Source: Isurus oxyrinchus
Taxonomy: Eukaryota
Assembly (NCBI GenBank): GCA_026770705.1
Contig: JANJGN010000038.1
Location: forward strand, 12,276,001-12,340,000
DNA length: 64,000 nucleotides
Direction of reading: 5' to 3'
In this document: positions 12,926 to 26,779 of the stretch, one piece after another
How positions within the stretch are numbered: the stretch's first letter is position 1
Layout: each line of letters starts with the position of its first letter
Position numbers and translations under genes: made by a program
Notes under the pieces: generated by a model
What the model was told of the DNA's origin: nothing
Database searches by the model: none
Seen by the model: the letters and a program-made list of their open reading frames with translations, nothing else

Positions 12926-15029
12926 CAATTCAAATCCCTGATTTTAATAGCACAGCCTAGTATAGGAAGCAATCAAAATTCACATGAGATTTGCTAACTA
13001 GACAAAATTCAAATTGGCATATAATTATGAAAACACTTTCACATGGGATTCTATCTGTAGTATAACTACACTGGATGCCTGGTATTATTACTTTCAAAGA
13101 TGGGTCACAATTGCAACATTCAACTACTGATATGATGACCACTTTGAAAACGACTTTTCTATATGGATCATCCCAATTAAGAAGATGGCTGTAACAGGTC
13201 AATAACTGAAATTGTGTGCTTTACTTCTTATCCTTTCTGATGCCTGGCGGTTAAAAACTACATTGGCTCCAAAACTGTAGGCGCAAATTTGAAAGATAGA
13301 CGTTTTTATAATTACTAGCCAACGAATGCACATTGTAGTATTTTTACTGCAATGATATTGTTGTATTCAGGATTACAAAGCTTTTTCCTTCAAGGCCAAG
13401 AGATCTAATTGCTGTTCGCAAAACTCAAAGAGATATCTGAACATAGTTTAAATTTAATTGTCATTTTGCCCTTTTGGATTTTGAGGACAAATGTTCCATC
13501 CTGTTGTGGCCAAATAGCGTGCCACATTTTACTATACATTTTGTTATTATGCCATTGTGACAACACATAATCAGAGCTGGTGATGGAAGAGTTTGGAACA
13601 TTTTCTCAATGGTTTGATTCGGCGAGTCCGACAATGTCAGACTTTCCATTGGCTAGTTTGTGGATCAGCTGTCATGTCCCAATATGTGAATGAGGAGGGC
13701 TTTGCAGGATCGATTGGGCTGGCTTTACCTTTGTAAATTCCAGCACCTAGGAAAATCACGAGTGTTCCTCACACTGTTACTTTTTCTTTGTTTCATAGTG
13801 GCTTGTTCGACCATTTCAGACCACAGTTAACACTTAAGTACATCTCTTTGTGTCAGGAATCACATGTACACTAAGCAGGGGACCTAAAGCACAATCCTTC
13901 CACTAAGATGCATTAATGAAACAGAACGCATTTTCTTCCTTCTTGATAAGAATATACTTTCATGGTGATTATTCGTGATGCGTCATTTTTCTTTTTCTTT
14001 GCCTTCTTAATTTCAGCTGTATTTAGAGAACTTAACTCAACTATTTTAGCCATCGCTGTGGGATCTTAAATTATGTCCCGAATCAATAAAATAGATTTCG
14101 TGTTTTATTCCATTAAAATAATTACTATGTTACCATGCCCCTTGACCATTTTCTCCTAAAGGTTCAAAGACAATCGGAGTCAATCGAACATGCGAAAATT
14201 AGATTGACTACTTTCAGGAAAACCATTGAAAGAGAATAAAACTAAGGTGGGTAGATGCAAATTATATATAGATTACCCATGAGCTAATTGAATTGTAGGA
14301 AATATTAGAGCAGCTGTATGTATCTTGCTTTTCCTCTGAGTCAATATCTTCAGGAGGGGAACTCCAAGGCTACTGGGTAAATGCAAAACTAAAACCATCC
14401 AAAAGCAATTCTTTCAGACAACAGCGAGAGTGGATCCCGGGAATGGAGAACAGAAAGTAAAACAAAAAAAAGGATCAATGTTTGCCAATACAATCAGTGG
14501 AATTTTATTTCAAAGGCCAGTGTTGCTTGAAGCACAATAAAACACGCACCCAACTGAGAGTGTTCCAATGCAATGGCTATCCAATGATCTGTAATCACTT
14601 ACACAGAATTACAATTGAAGTTGCAGCATTTGCAATGGGGAGAAACCCAGCAACACTTCTGTCTGTGGACTAGGTTTCAACGGATTACCCAACCCGGGCA
14701 GAGACAGGACATACTCTACAGAAGCAAACCTTGGAAATTCCTGGACCATAGAAAGGGATTCGTTTGCCCACCCCAGCTGGAGATTTATTGAAATGTTTCC
14801 GCAGGTAAGAAATCGTTCAGTTGCACCATTGGCGAGGAAGCATATTGCCAGTTGTCCCATTCTTTCAAATTCAAGTACATTCACCCATATAAGCAAATGA
14901 TTAAAACAATGTTTGGGTGAGAAGAGAGTTGCTCATTCACTTTAATTGTTGATAGGTCAGCGAATTTAGAGATTTGATTCTGCTGTTTATAATCATGACA
15001 ATCACTTCATGGAGAGTTGAATATTTAGT

Positions 15030-16430
15030 CACAGAATCAGAGAATCACAGGTTCGCACAGTGCAGAAGAGGCCCTTCTGCTCATCGAGTCTGCACTGACA
15101 CGTGAGAAACATCTGACCTACCTAACTAATTCCATTGACCAGCACTTGGCCCACAACCATGAATGTAAGGACGTGCCAAGTATTCATCCAGGCACTTTAT
15201 AAAGGATGTGAGGCAACCAGCCTCCATTACCCTCTCAGGCAGTGTATTCCAGACAGTCACCAACACCTGGGTAAAAAAGGTTTTCCCTCACATCCTCCCG
15301 AAACCTCCTGCCCCTCACGTTGAACTTGTGTTCTATCGTGACTGAGCCTTCATCTAAGGGGAACAGCTGCTCCCTATCCACCCCGTCCATACGCCTCACA
15401 ATCTTGTACACCTTGAACTGATCGCCCCTCAGTCTTCTCTGCTATGCTGAAAATAACCCAAGTCTATGCAACCTCTCTTTATAACTTAAATGTTTCAGCC
15501 CAGGCAGCATCCAGGTGTACCTCCTCTCCACCACTTCTAGCGCAATCACATCTTTTCTATCATTTGGCGATCAAAACTGCACACAGCACTCCCACTGTGG
15601 TCTCACCAAGGTTCTGTACAACTCCAACATGGCCCCTCTACTTTTGCAATATGTGCCTCGACTGATAAAGGCAAGTATCCCAAATGCCTTCTTCACGACC
15701 CCATTAACACGCCGCTCTGCCTTCAGAGACTTATGGACAGAGGCACCAAGGTCCCTTTGTTCGTCAGATCTTCCTGATGCCATGCTGTTCATTGAATACT
15801 TCCTTGTCAAATTACTCCTTCCAAAGTGTATAACCTCACGCTTTCCAGGGTTAAATTCCATCTGCCACTTATCTGCCCATTTGACCACCATGCCAATATC
15901 TTCCTCCAGCCTAAGACTCTCAACCTCACTGTAAACCAACCAACCAATCTTTGTGTCATCCGCAAACTTACTAATCATACTCCTCACATAGTCATCTATG
16001 TCATTTATATAAATAACGAACAATAGGGGACCCAGCACAGATCCCTATGGTACACCACTTGTCTCGAGTTTTCAGTCACTAAAGCAGCCTTCTGTCATCA
16101 CACTCTGTCTCCTACAACTAAGCCAATTTATAATCCATTTTATCAAATTACCCTGTATCCCATGCACATTTGCCTTATTTATAAGGCTGTCATTTGGGAC
16201 CTTGTCAAAGGCTTTTCTGAAATCCATATAAACTACATCAACTGCACTACCATCATCTACACACCTGGTCATCTCCTCAAAAACTCAGTAAAATTTTTTT
16301 GGCATGACCTACCTCTGAAAAATCCATGCTGAATATTTCGTATCAAACCTTCTCTCTCCAAGTTAAGATAGATTCTTTCCTTCAGAATTTTCTCCAATAG
16401 TTTCCCGACCACTGACGTGAGACTCACTCG
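15030..16430 (-). mobile_element. CR1-clade LINE, RT domain and 3' UTR, 5'-truncated
   Basis: ORFs give SLTSVVGKLLEKIL, QHGF..GRSC, VDVVYMDFRKAFDKVP, LGPLLFVIYINDID, ISKFADDTKIG and LYRTLVRP; several frameshifts. Confidence 0.92.
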
Positions 16431-16469
16431 TTGTTTGGTAGAACAGAATGTGAGAGTGCTGATCAAATA

Positions 16470-16830
16470 CACATGCTTTCGAAGCTCTTCATCTTGGACT
16501 CATCAGGACAATTCGCAAGAGTAAGAAAAAAGTCAAATGGAACAACACTTTTAACGTCATGAGAAGAGTGTGATGATTGATTGGCGAGTGAAAACGGATC
16601 ACTTGTGGCATTGCAATAGAGAATGCGATAGTGACTTGATGAATGGAAGTTAACTGTCAACCATTGTTTACATTCAAATCAAGTATGTTGACTCTGATTG
16701 GTCAATACATTTCATGAGGGCATGAGCCAGAGACTGGTTCTCCCGTCTTTTGATCAGTTGAAATAGGCACAACTCTTGCAAATTGTCCTGCTGAGTGCTA
16801 GACCATAAGTTTCTACAACATGTGCATTTT
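16470..16830 (-). mobile_element. Penelope-like family 2 terminal repeat
   Basis: Reverse complement aligns with 9050-9330 (ttgaccaatcagagtcaa, ccaatcaatcatcacactcttctcat, gtcctgatgagtc). Confidence 0.6.
16478..16509 (-). ncRNA. Minimal type I hammerhead ribozyme-like motif (partly mutated)
   Basis: Minus strand GTC-CTGATGA-GTC-CAA-GAT-GAAG-AGCT-TC-GAA: core CUGAUGA, 3-bp stem II, GAAA variant, palindromic stem III (AGCT), UUC cleavage triplet. Confidence 0.5.
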
Positions 16831-17800
16831 TCGGCTACATAATTCTTTATGCAAAGCTCTTATAAAGTGTAGGGCAATCGGTCTGTTTCAACTATCACTG
16901 GAAGACATAACGAGTGATAATATGTACACAGCATGAATGCCTTGGATTGGGTTTTCTGCTGAGAGCAATTCTCAATCTTAAGACTTTCTGTGCGGTTGTA
17001 AGTCACGACACGGGAAATTTCAAATAATAGTAAGTGTGTAGTATTTACCCACGATTGGGATATGGGGTCATTGAGAAGCATAACCCACAATTTCATTCTA
17101 ATTACTGTTTCTGTATCAGGATGGCAACAAACACTTATAGTGCATTGTGGATGGTGAAGATAATGTTTCCATTAAATTTGGCATTTTTTATTTGTTCTGG
17201 CCAGTTGCGATTTGTAATCATTTAAAAGGGGAGATTGTTGCCAATGTGACTTGTACTTTATGATGACCCTGCGGATTTCGCCTCCATTGCCAAATGGAAG
17301 TGGTGAACAAAATGTTTACTTTATCTGTGTCTGTAACACTTCAGTTCCCTGTTCCTATGTTTATGGGAAAACGAGTTCAAGTGTGAAGCGGAGCCTGCTC
17401 AATGTAGAACAATGGATGGGGACAGTGTTCCTTTCCATTTCAGGGCGCCATCTACCATCAAGATCCAAAACATAGGAAGGAGGGATAGCGAGGTTCCTAC
17501 ATTTAATGGTGAAACTTTGTTGCCAAGTTATACATTTTTGTCGGACACTTTGTCTCCTGCATGAAAGTCGAGACACCCCGAGACCTTAGGGGCAGTTGGG
17601 AATGTACCAGGCCCGTTCTGGAAAGGGGACAAAAAATAAAAACTAACTGGAAAAATGCAGAGTTAGTTATATTATTCTGAATTCACACGTCAGGCAGGAG
17701 GTAACTCTTTTTCTGCGGCTGGAAGCCATATGGAACATGTACAAACAACAACAATTGGTGGGGTATAATGTAGAATTCATGTTGGATTTCACTGCTTTCA

Positions 17801-20159
17801 TCATTTAAATAAATTAACAATCAGACTCAATGGATATTTCAAGCCATTCTTTAACTCCTCTCTGAATTTACTCTGGGTACCTGCACAAATAAACAGGTTG
17901 ATGCAGGAACTTAAAAGCTGCAGCATAAGTCTGCATTCCTCCTGTATAACATTTGATTGATTGAAATTCGAGCCATCGAAATAACTAACGATGGCAATTC
18001 GTGCATAAAGGAAAGTTTTAAGAGCGAGGAAATATAACAGGATGAAACTTCCCGAGATGGCAAAGAATAAAACGATGGACTTTCTCCTCTTCTCCATCTC
18101 TGGGTCGCTTTGGTTATCACTCTTGCTGTGGGCTCGCAGTCTTCTGCGGGGTCGACTGGCCACAACAATGTGCCTGACCGTCAGAACATTGAGCAGCAAA
18201 ATAAGAACGAATAGGAGACAAGGGGTTAAAACGGCATTTATGCTGTCATGTACCACCCATCCGGGTGATGAATACAATATTGGCTTTAGTTTGCAGTACT
18301 AGGGTGTATTGTCTGTGATAACAGAAGGTTCACAAGCAAAGTAAAAGGGTATTTTTTTAGCACAATGCACAACGCAGACAGTTCCTATGACCACAGCTGC
18401 CGATTTCTTGGTGCAATATTTGGTTTTCAGCTTCTGGCAACAAATGGCTACAAATCAATCAAAGGTGAAAGCAGCTGTCACCCAGACAGAAGAATCCTTG
18501 ACGCCATATATGAACAAAAGACTGAGAGCAAAGGCCAGAGTGATGGAAAGGAAACTTAATGGGAAATATGTACCTGCAATCCGGTTTAACATCACCGCAA
18601 GGATCATGATCAGGAGATCCGTCACGGCCAACGACATCAGATAGTATGTGATACATCCAGTGAGACCGCATCTTCCTCGAGACAGGATCAAAATTACTGC
18701 CAAATTAACTGTGACAGAGGAATATAACCAGTAAATTTGCGGTGGGGACAAATGAATATAGAACAGAAAATATTGAGAAACTCACAAATACAGCATCGGT
18801 CATGAAAAGAGAGCAATGTTCCCATTTCAGTCCTATGACTTATATGCTCCAGTGGAGAAAGAAAGACTCATTCCAAAATACAGCAAATCGTCAATACTGT
18901 GCTGATTTACAGGAAGAATGCGGGCTCGGCCCTATAGTGAATATTCAAATTGCAGAATTTTTACTCAGTTCATTGAAAAACGATCAAGTATCCTCTTGCT
19001 TGCTGTTTAGAGAAGAACAGGATGGAACATTGGAAAACAGAAGGGACACAATGTTAAATCGACCTAATAATTTGACAGAAACTCAGTAGATGGCTTCGAA
19101 TGGAATTAAATACAAAGTGATGCTGCTGTGGGCATAATCCAGCAAATGAAAACAGCTAAAATGGAAAAAAAAACTCCTTTGGATGGAAATAAAGGGTAAC
19201 TACAACTCCTGAGTTATGATGACGTGCAGCGAACACAACTGTCCCTCACAGCAGTGAGGAAATCCACACACAGTTAAAGGTTCAATTGCTGCTAAGTTGA
19301 AAGTCGTCTAGCTTTGGAGTCAAAAGATCTTGGATTCAAGATCAACTTCAGCTCCCTGAGAATTCTTCACCGCCCAGGGTGCCAGGTTTCCGCTAAGACA
19401 ATAAACTCTCGGCCAGTCATTTAATATTCTGCACAAATTTATCAGATAAATACTGTTCATATCGGAGCGATAGGTGAAAGGGAAATGCATGAGATAATAC
19501 AGATACAGTTCCTCTGTAATAATTCACACACGATGAGAATGCCATTGACACAACAGAAAAACATTTCCTCAGTGGTAACAGCGTTATACATAACCTTTTT
19601 TAAAAACACCAAGCATAAAATAAAATAACATCTGAAACCTCGAACGGTGGAGGTAAACAGATGAAAGTGTCCAATTAAACTGAATAAATATTACTAGCTC
19701 AGGGAAGATAGTGCATTGTTACTGCTGAACTATTATTCTGGCGTTGGGGAGAAATTATGTACAAGGGAAGAAATGACACGGAAAAACTTGAGCGACTCGG
19801 CATGTGATGACGACTAATCATGTCAGTAAAAGAAAACAATTTTGTTGCTAAAATGGAGAATTAAATTAAACATTTCCCTTGAAGTGGAAAAAAGTGACAT
19901 TGTCGAGCTGATAAAGTGGAAAGATGTCACGTAATGTTGATAGATTGTTCTGTTTAATGGGAGAAAGAATATCGTACCATGTAGAAGCAAAGCTGCTAAA
20001 TACGAACAACGATTCACTAAAATGAAAGCAAACCAAAGAAAAGTGATTAAACAATGATTTCAATAACATAGCAAACCAAAATCCTTAACCTGGAATCCTG
20101 ATCGCTGCAAGGACGGGATAGTATATGATGAAAATCAGACATTTTGGCAATCCATGCAT
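17801..20159 (-). pseudogene. GPR139/GPR142-like GPCR, copy B (exon 1 20090-20159; exon 2 17801-18708)
   Basis: Exon 1 MHGLPKCLIFIIYYPVLAAIRIP (70 nt, G|gttaag). Exon 2 after cag| reads (V)NLAVILILSRGRCGL...TAAFTFD*FVAICCQKLK...LLSSCINLFICAGTQSKFREELK...LFK*. Two in-frame stops: TGA 18455-18457 (replaces R of DRF) and TAG 18299-18301 (replaces W). Confidence 0.92.
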
Positions 20160-20210
20160 TTCTGTCACCAGCTGCGAGTGTGTTCTGCACCACAACTAAA
20201 GACAGTCACA

Positions 20211-20245
20211 TATATATGTCAGGCCAGCCTCCAGGGAGACAATTA
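20211..20245 (-). promoter_or_regulatory. Copy B proximal promoter: TAATTG + TCCCTGGAG + TATATA
   Basis: TATATA begins 57 nt upstream of ATG, as in copies D and E. The O/E-like site ends 13 nt before it. Confidence 0.55.
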
Positions 20246-21229
20246 GACGCTTTGATCTTTTGCAATAATTGAAATTGAAACAAAGATGCTCGTGCTGCAG
20301 CTGTCAGGAAATTGTTTTTATTTTGACAGAGTAGAAAGCTCTTCAAGGTCACTGACATTGTTCTGACGGAACATCCTCACAAAGTGCCCTTCTGTCTTCC
20401 ACATTAACACAAACCTACATTGATGTTTCTTTATCATCAGCCCTTTACCACAACCGTTTCCCGCCGCTATAGTGAAAACAAGAACTCTTCCATTGCTCCC
20501 TATTCCCCAACTTCGATGTAAAGTCATGGATCTGAACTTTTACCGTTTTCTCTCCACAGATGCTGAATGGTCTATTGCGTATTTCCAGCATTTTCTGTCT
20601 CATTCACATAAGCTTGTTTGCATTTGGTGTGGAAATGTTCAACTCATCACCTTTAGCTTTAAAGTACTCAAATCCTCTTCTGTACGGCTTCTTGCAGTGT
20701 GGATTATTCCACTTCAGTTAGGTTCATTGCAGACATGTCAAATCCAACTCTAGTGAGTGCGCATAGCTGTGTAGCTGTGAACGGCTACGTTTTATTTGGT
20801 CAGATGCAATCAAGCGCTTATGCGTTAATTATGCATAATTATAGAGAGTACGCTTAAACTCCGTAAACGGAGGTCCAGTTGAGCACGATTCTAGTTAATG
20901 TGGACCGCTCCAGTTCGGAATGGTTATGTGATGTGTCGAGGCTCCATTTCTGCCACGTTACATTCATTCATGACGGATAAGGAAGGGTAAGTGTGCACAT
21001 CCATTTCCCGTAAATTGCTTTCCGTGGCGCCAGGCGAGATTATGCACGGCTGCACTAAGTCTGCAAAGGCCCAGTTCAGTCATCTTGCATTGAATATGGA
21101 CAGGCCCCATTTTAACTGCTATCTTCAATGTGCACATGTGAAGCAGTGTTACAAACCTTGTGCAGGTAGTTAATTCCTCATGCTTACTTTCTGGAAAGTC
21201 TGGAAAAAAATGTCCACCAAAATATTGAA

Positions 21230-23560
21230 AATAGGAGTATGATTACTCCTTCGAGCCCTTCGAGCTTGCTCCGCCATTCAGTTTGATGATGGCTGATCCT
21301 CTATCTGAACGCCTTAGACCGGCTCTCTCCCCACACCCCTTGATGCGTTTGAAGGCTAGTGGTCTACTTATTTACTTCTTAAATATATCCAGTGACTTGA
21401 CCTCCAAAGCCTTCTGTGCTAGAGAATTCCAAATGTTCGCCACCTTCTGATTGAAGACGTTTCTCCTCATCTCAGTCCTAAATGGTCTAACCCGTATCCT
21501 GAGTCTGTGACCCCTTGTTCTAGACGCCCGAGCCAGAGGAATTATCATCCCCGCATCCAGTCTGTACATTCCTGTCAGAGTTTCATATGTTTCAATGCGA
21601 TCGCCTCTCATTCTTCTGTTCTCCAATGAATAAAGGCCTAGCCGGCCCAAGCTCTCCTCATACTATAATTCTGCCAGGCCAGAAAACAGCCTGATGAACC
21701 TTGGCTGAACTCCCTCTACGGTAGGTATATCCTTTCTTAGGTAAGGGGACCAGAACTGCAAACACTACTCCAGGTGTGATCTCACAATGACCATGCACAG
21801 CTGCAGTAAGACATCGTTGCTCCTGCACTCAAATCCTCTCGNNNNNNNNNNNNNNNNNNNNNNNNNNNNNNNNNNNNNNNNNNNNNNNNNNNNNNNNNNN
21901 NNNNNNNNNNNNNNNNNNNNNNNNNNNNNNNNNNNNNNNNNNNNNNNNNNNNNNNNNNNNNNNNNNNNNNNNNNNNNNNGCATTGATCCCTGTTAGTCCA
22001 CTCGTCACTGCCTGCCCCTCCAAAGAAGACCGAATTATTCCTGCTTTCTTTCCTGTCTTTAATTTTACACGCTAACTTTGGGTCTTTGTCAAAGGCTTTC
22101 TGATAATCCAACTACAGCACAGCCACTGGTTCTCCCTGATCCTTTTTGCAGATTACGTCCTTTAAAACTCCAGTAGGTTTGTTAAACATGATTTCCTTTG
22201 ATAGATACATGTTAGCTTTGTCTCAACCCATTGATAAGTTTAAAGAGTCCTGTTATCACATACTCTACAATAGACTCTAGCATTTTCCCTACTATTGAAG
22301 TTCGGCTAACAGGTCTGCAATTCGTTGTTTTCTCCCTCACTCCTTTTCAAAATAGCGGGGTTATATTTAACACCCTGCAATCTGCCGGGACTGTTGCAGA
22401 ATCTACATAATTTTGGAAGATGACAACCACTACACTCACTATTTACATGGCCACCTCCTTTAGTACCCCAAGACGTATATTATCAGGCATGCGGATTGAT
22501 TGGCTTCCAGTCCGATTAATTTCTCCAGCACAATTGTTTTAGTTACATTAATTTCGTTGAATTCTTGCTTCTCAATGGACCCGAGATTCCATCGTATTTC
22601 TGTGAAGCTATTTATGTCTCCCTACGTGAAGACCGAGCAAAAGTAATTGTTCTGTTATAAAGTCTCCCGTTTCAGACTGTAAGGTTTTTTTAAAAATATT
22701 TATAGATGCTGTTAATGACCGTTTTTATGTTATTTGCAAATTTATCCTCATCCAATATTTTCCCCCCTTATTCGAATTCTTGGTCGTCCTTTGCTGAGTT
22801 CTAAACTGTTCCCAATCGTTAGGCTTGTTAAATTTTCTAGCAACTTCATACGACTCCTCTTTGGATCTAAAGCTATCCTTAATTTATTTTTTTACCCATG
22901 GTTGGGCCGCTTTTACTGTCTTGCTCTTTTGGGCCAGAAAAGAAAGTATAACATTTGAAATGTATGTACTCGTTCCTTAATCATTGGACTTTGTCTACAC
23001 ACCATCTTTCCTTTTAATAAAGTACTCCAATCGATCTTAGCCAACTCAAATCTCCTAAATTTGTCGATTCCTTTGTAAGATTTAGCACCCTCGTTTCAGA
23101 CCAGACTACTTCACTTTCCATTCCAATGAAGAATTCTATCATGTTATGGTCAATGTTCCCCAAAAGACCCCACACAACAAGATTATTAATTTAATGCATC
23201 TCATTTCACTATACCAAATCTAGGTTAGCCTGATCCCCAGTCCGTTCCTCGACATACGAGTCCGGAAAAAAACATTTCGTACACACTACAGGAATCCATT
23301 CGCAATTTTATTATTGCTAATTTGGTTTGCACACTCTATATGTAGTTAAAAGTCACTCATGATTTCTGTAGCACCCTTGTTACATGCAAGTCCAAGTTCC
23401 TGTTTTATGCCGTCCCCTATGTCGACACTGCTGTCTGGATGTCTAAAGATAAGTGATCTTTTCCACTCATTGTTGCTTCTTAGCTCCACCCAGGTTGCAT
23501 CTACATCTAGATTTTCTGAGCCAATATCCCTCTCTCACTCTCGCACTGATTTCATCGACA
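21230..23560 (-). mobile_element. CR1-clade LINE (about 2.3 kb, degenerate), spanning an assembly gap
   Basis: LGLYSLENRRMRGD.IETY, VRSHLE and DYQKAFDK motifs. Endonuclease-side remnants towards 23100-23400; CR1 3' tail near 21240-21300. Confidence 0.85.
21842..21979. other. Assembly gap (138 N)
   Basis: Run of n. Confidence 1.
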
Positions 23561-24289
23561 TGGTTTCCTTCAAGTGTGAAATGCTCAATTTATGTATGAT
23601 TGTTTTCCACAAAGACGGGGCCTGCTGGTCTATAATGAGTGTGAAATGACTCAGGTCTGCACAGTAATTCTCAATGTGCAAATGTCATTTCTCGACACCG
23701 ATTTTCAAAGGGGACTGGTTCAGTTATACACAGTTACTGCCGGCGTGGGCTACTCCAGTTCAAACTCATTAGATTCAATGTTAACAATCCCAATTCATCA
23801 GTATTGCAAGCAATGAGACCACCTTAAAATCATCGTAGTTAGGTTTAGAGTGCACATTGCTACTTCAGTACGGTTACATTCAGTGTGTGCAGGTCCAGTT
23901 GTGCGCAATATCTACCACTCTGGACTGGTCTTTTTCAGCAGTATTATATGTTTATAGCGACAATGAACAGTATTTTGTGATTCTAACCTGTAACAAGGGA
24001 TCCAGGTGTGCAGAATGTATTCAGGAAGGATACAGCAGAATTTTACCAATTCCAGGATGAGGACGTCAAACATCTTCCCCTTGGAATTTAATGTAATTGC
24101 GATAGTCGAACACCCTACATCAACATTAGGGGCAGTGTGATAGGGTGATCCTGAGGCCGAGGCACATACCTTTGTGACATTGTTTTAAATCATAACATGG
24201 CAGCTAATTAAAATAATGCGATTGGAGTATCAAGCTCGTCTCGGTAACTGTGCCCACGAAAACGGTCTTCGATTGTTGCGAACACCTAT

Positions 24290-24760
24290 TGGCTTCACTA
24301 ATGTCCTGTAGGGAAGACAATGTGCCGTCCTTACCCGATCTGACCTATATGTGGCTGCAGACCCACAGTAAAATGTCTGCCTCTTTACTGTGCTCAAATT
24401 GACAACAAATGTGGCCTTCTGCACGATGCCCACATTCCAAGAAAAAAAGAATCAACTTATCAGGTATTCTGTAACTACACCTTCGAAACTTCGGGTTTTA
24501 CTGTCTTGGGAAACAAAGGTAACAGGCACGTGGAAACACCAGCAGCTGCATCTCACTCACGCTCGAAACTTGAAATAGTTTTCATCAATTGGTCAAACTG
24601 TGAAAATTCCTGCCTTCTAGCATTATGGATGAAGATAGCGCACATGGACTGAAGGGGCTCAAGAAGGCAGCTCACCACGAAATTCTAAAGAAAATTAGCA
24701 ATTCGCAATAAAGATTGACCTTGCCACCCAGGGCTATATCGCAGGGATAAATAAAAAATG
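24290..24760 (+). mobile_element. SINE 3' part followed by LINE 3' tail (second LINE family)
   Basis: ttcactaatgtcctgtagggaag...gtggctgcagacccacag, then cacatggactgaaggggctcaagaaggcagctcaccac...gcaataaa. Confidence 0.55.
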
Positions 24761-25249
24761 GTGGTATCAGTATTGAGTGGAGATAATATTTCAGTCCTAG
24801 TAAGAATTTCCTCCTCATAACAAACACATAACCCAACTGCTGGGAGCTGATAAATCATACTTGAGCTGCCACACTACCTGGGATGTTCCATCACTCGCAG
24901 AACAGTGGGAAGGTGAGAGGAGTTTACTTTGCAAAGAGTTAAAAAGAATGATTCAAAATGCATTGCAAACAGGAATATGAAACTGTCAGTCACGCCACAT
25001 ATTGTGGTAGATTTCTATTATCGTTAGAATATCATATTCCCCTCTGACCAATCTTTGTACTTTACACACATGCACTCCGATACTTTTGTGTATGTTTCAG
25101 TATTAATAGATTACTTGGTCAATGCACAGTCCATGGCAACATGGTTTTGCTCAATGCGACCGAAGCTATGGGCAAAAATAGAATATTTTTAATTTATATA
25201 AAGCGCCTCCAAGCCAAATTGCTCCACATGATGTTTGTTGCATCCACCT

Positions 25250-25560
25250 GGGATCGTGAAAATTGCTTAAGTTTTAGATGCCACCCGACTGGCTGAACTT
25301 CAATCAGCGCATCTCTCCATTAATACTGCAATGAACTATTATTCATTTCAAATTTATGCTCATGCCTCAAGGAAATCGACCCCACACCACATTCTCTAAA
25401 TTTTCCACCACTTAAGTAGCCAACGTTTCAGGGAAGGACAGGGAAAACGTTACAAAGATACCACGAAGCGCTTCTTGAAGCACAGCGCCTTTCACATGAA
25501 TGACTTTCGACCAACCATGAACAAAAATGGCGAGACTTTCCATCACTTTTCTTGTAATGC
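25250..25560 (+). mobile_element. RTE-clade LINE 3' remnant
   Basis: ggacagggaaaacgttacaaagataccacgaagcgcttcttgaag = GQGKRYKDTTKRFLK, resembling the RTE motif GGQRKRYKDTLK. Confidence 0.5.
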
Positions 25561-25579
25561 AATGTAGACTAATGTGGCG

Positions 25580-26700
25580 ATAGTTGACCGGACTGGATTT
25601 TTCCTTCCTTCTCTGGACAGGTCATATTTGGGCAGCTTCCAATTATTTGAGTCATTGCCAGCTTTCTAAGATGTACTGAAGTCGGAAATTGAGTCGGCTT
25701 GTTCTGAAGCACTAATCTTCAATTCTACAGCCGGCTCCTTTATCGGGCCCATTGCCTTTGTGGCATTTGTTGTACTCAATTGCCAGTAATATTAACTGGA
25801 ATCAATCGAATTCGGTGAGGACGATGGAGACCTCAGGTGGAGTCTGAGATGGATCTTCCACTCGGGAGTTCTGGCTGAAAGTTAATTAAAGTCCTTCAGC
25901 CATCTCTTTCTGCCCCGATATGCTGGACTCACCCATCTTTAGGGTTAGGGATATTTGTGGAATATCCTGTTTCTCTTTATTCTTCTATTGCCCACCGCTA
26001 TTCATGATTGGATGTGGAAGGATTGCAGATCTTTGGTTTGACCAATTGTTGGTGGGATATTTTAGTGCTGTCAATCACATGCTTTTTCAGTTGCTTGGCA
26101 TGCCAAGGTTTCTGGTTTTTTTTTACTTCACCAGGTCGACACCTCGTTTTTATGTCCCTTGTGCCCCTGGCATGCTGTTCTACACCCTTCACTTTGTCAG
26201 AATTGATCCCTTCATCTGTTGGTAATGTCAAAGTGAGGGATATAACGGGCCATGAGTTTACAAACTAAGAATTGATACAATGCTACTGCTGCTGATGGCT
26301 CACTGCACCTAACGGAAATCTGGCTTTGATTTTCTTGATTTGATTTAGCACAATGGTAGCGCCACACAGCACGACAATGTGATGGTTTTCATGTTTATAC
26401 AGATGTGTACTGGAGGCTTCTCCCAATACTATGGTGGACAGGTGCATCTGCTACAGGTAGTTTACTTATGATCAGGTAACATGTGTTCTTCCCTATTTTT
26501 GGCTCCCTCACCACCTACTACAGGCAAAATCTGGTAGGTGTTCCCTTGGGCATGCAGCCAGGTCAATATATATTGCTGCTTCGGAGAAACACTTGGTGAT
26601 GGACACTGAAGCCCCCTGAGTTCAATCTGGGACCTTGCAACTCTTAGTCTTTCTTACAAGTGGCGCTCAACATGGAGCAGTACAGATTCATCAGAGAAGT
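25580..26700 (-). mobile_element. LINE ORF2 remnant (endonuclease-RT linker), degenerate
   Basis: aaggcaatgggcccgata (KAMGPD) and gggggcttcagtgtccatcaccaag (GDFN.HH-like) on the minus strand. Confidence 0.55.
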
Positions 26701-26779
26701 GTGGGAAGCGGAGCGGGTGGTCATGTGGGGTGGGGGGGGCGGTGGGCGAATCAGTTTTAGGCACTTGTTCAGTAGGGAC

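Noticed and set aside
21765-22111. ORFs containing X runs
   Set aside because: Artefacts of the N gap inside a CR1 element.
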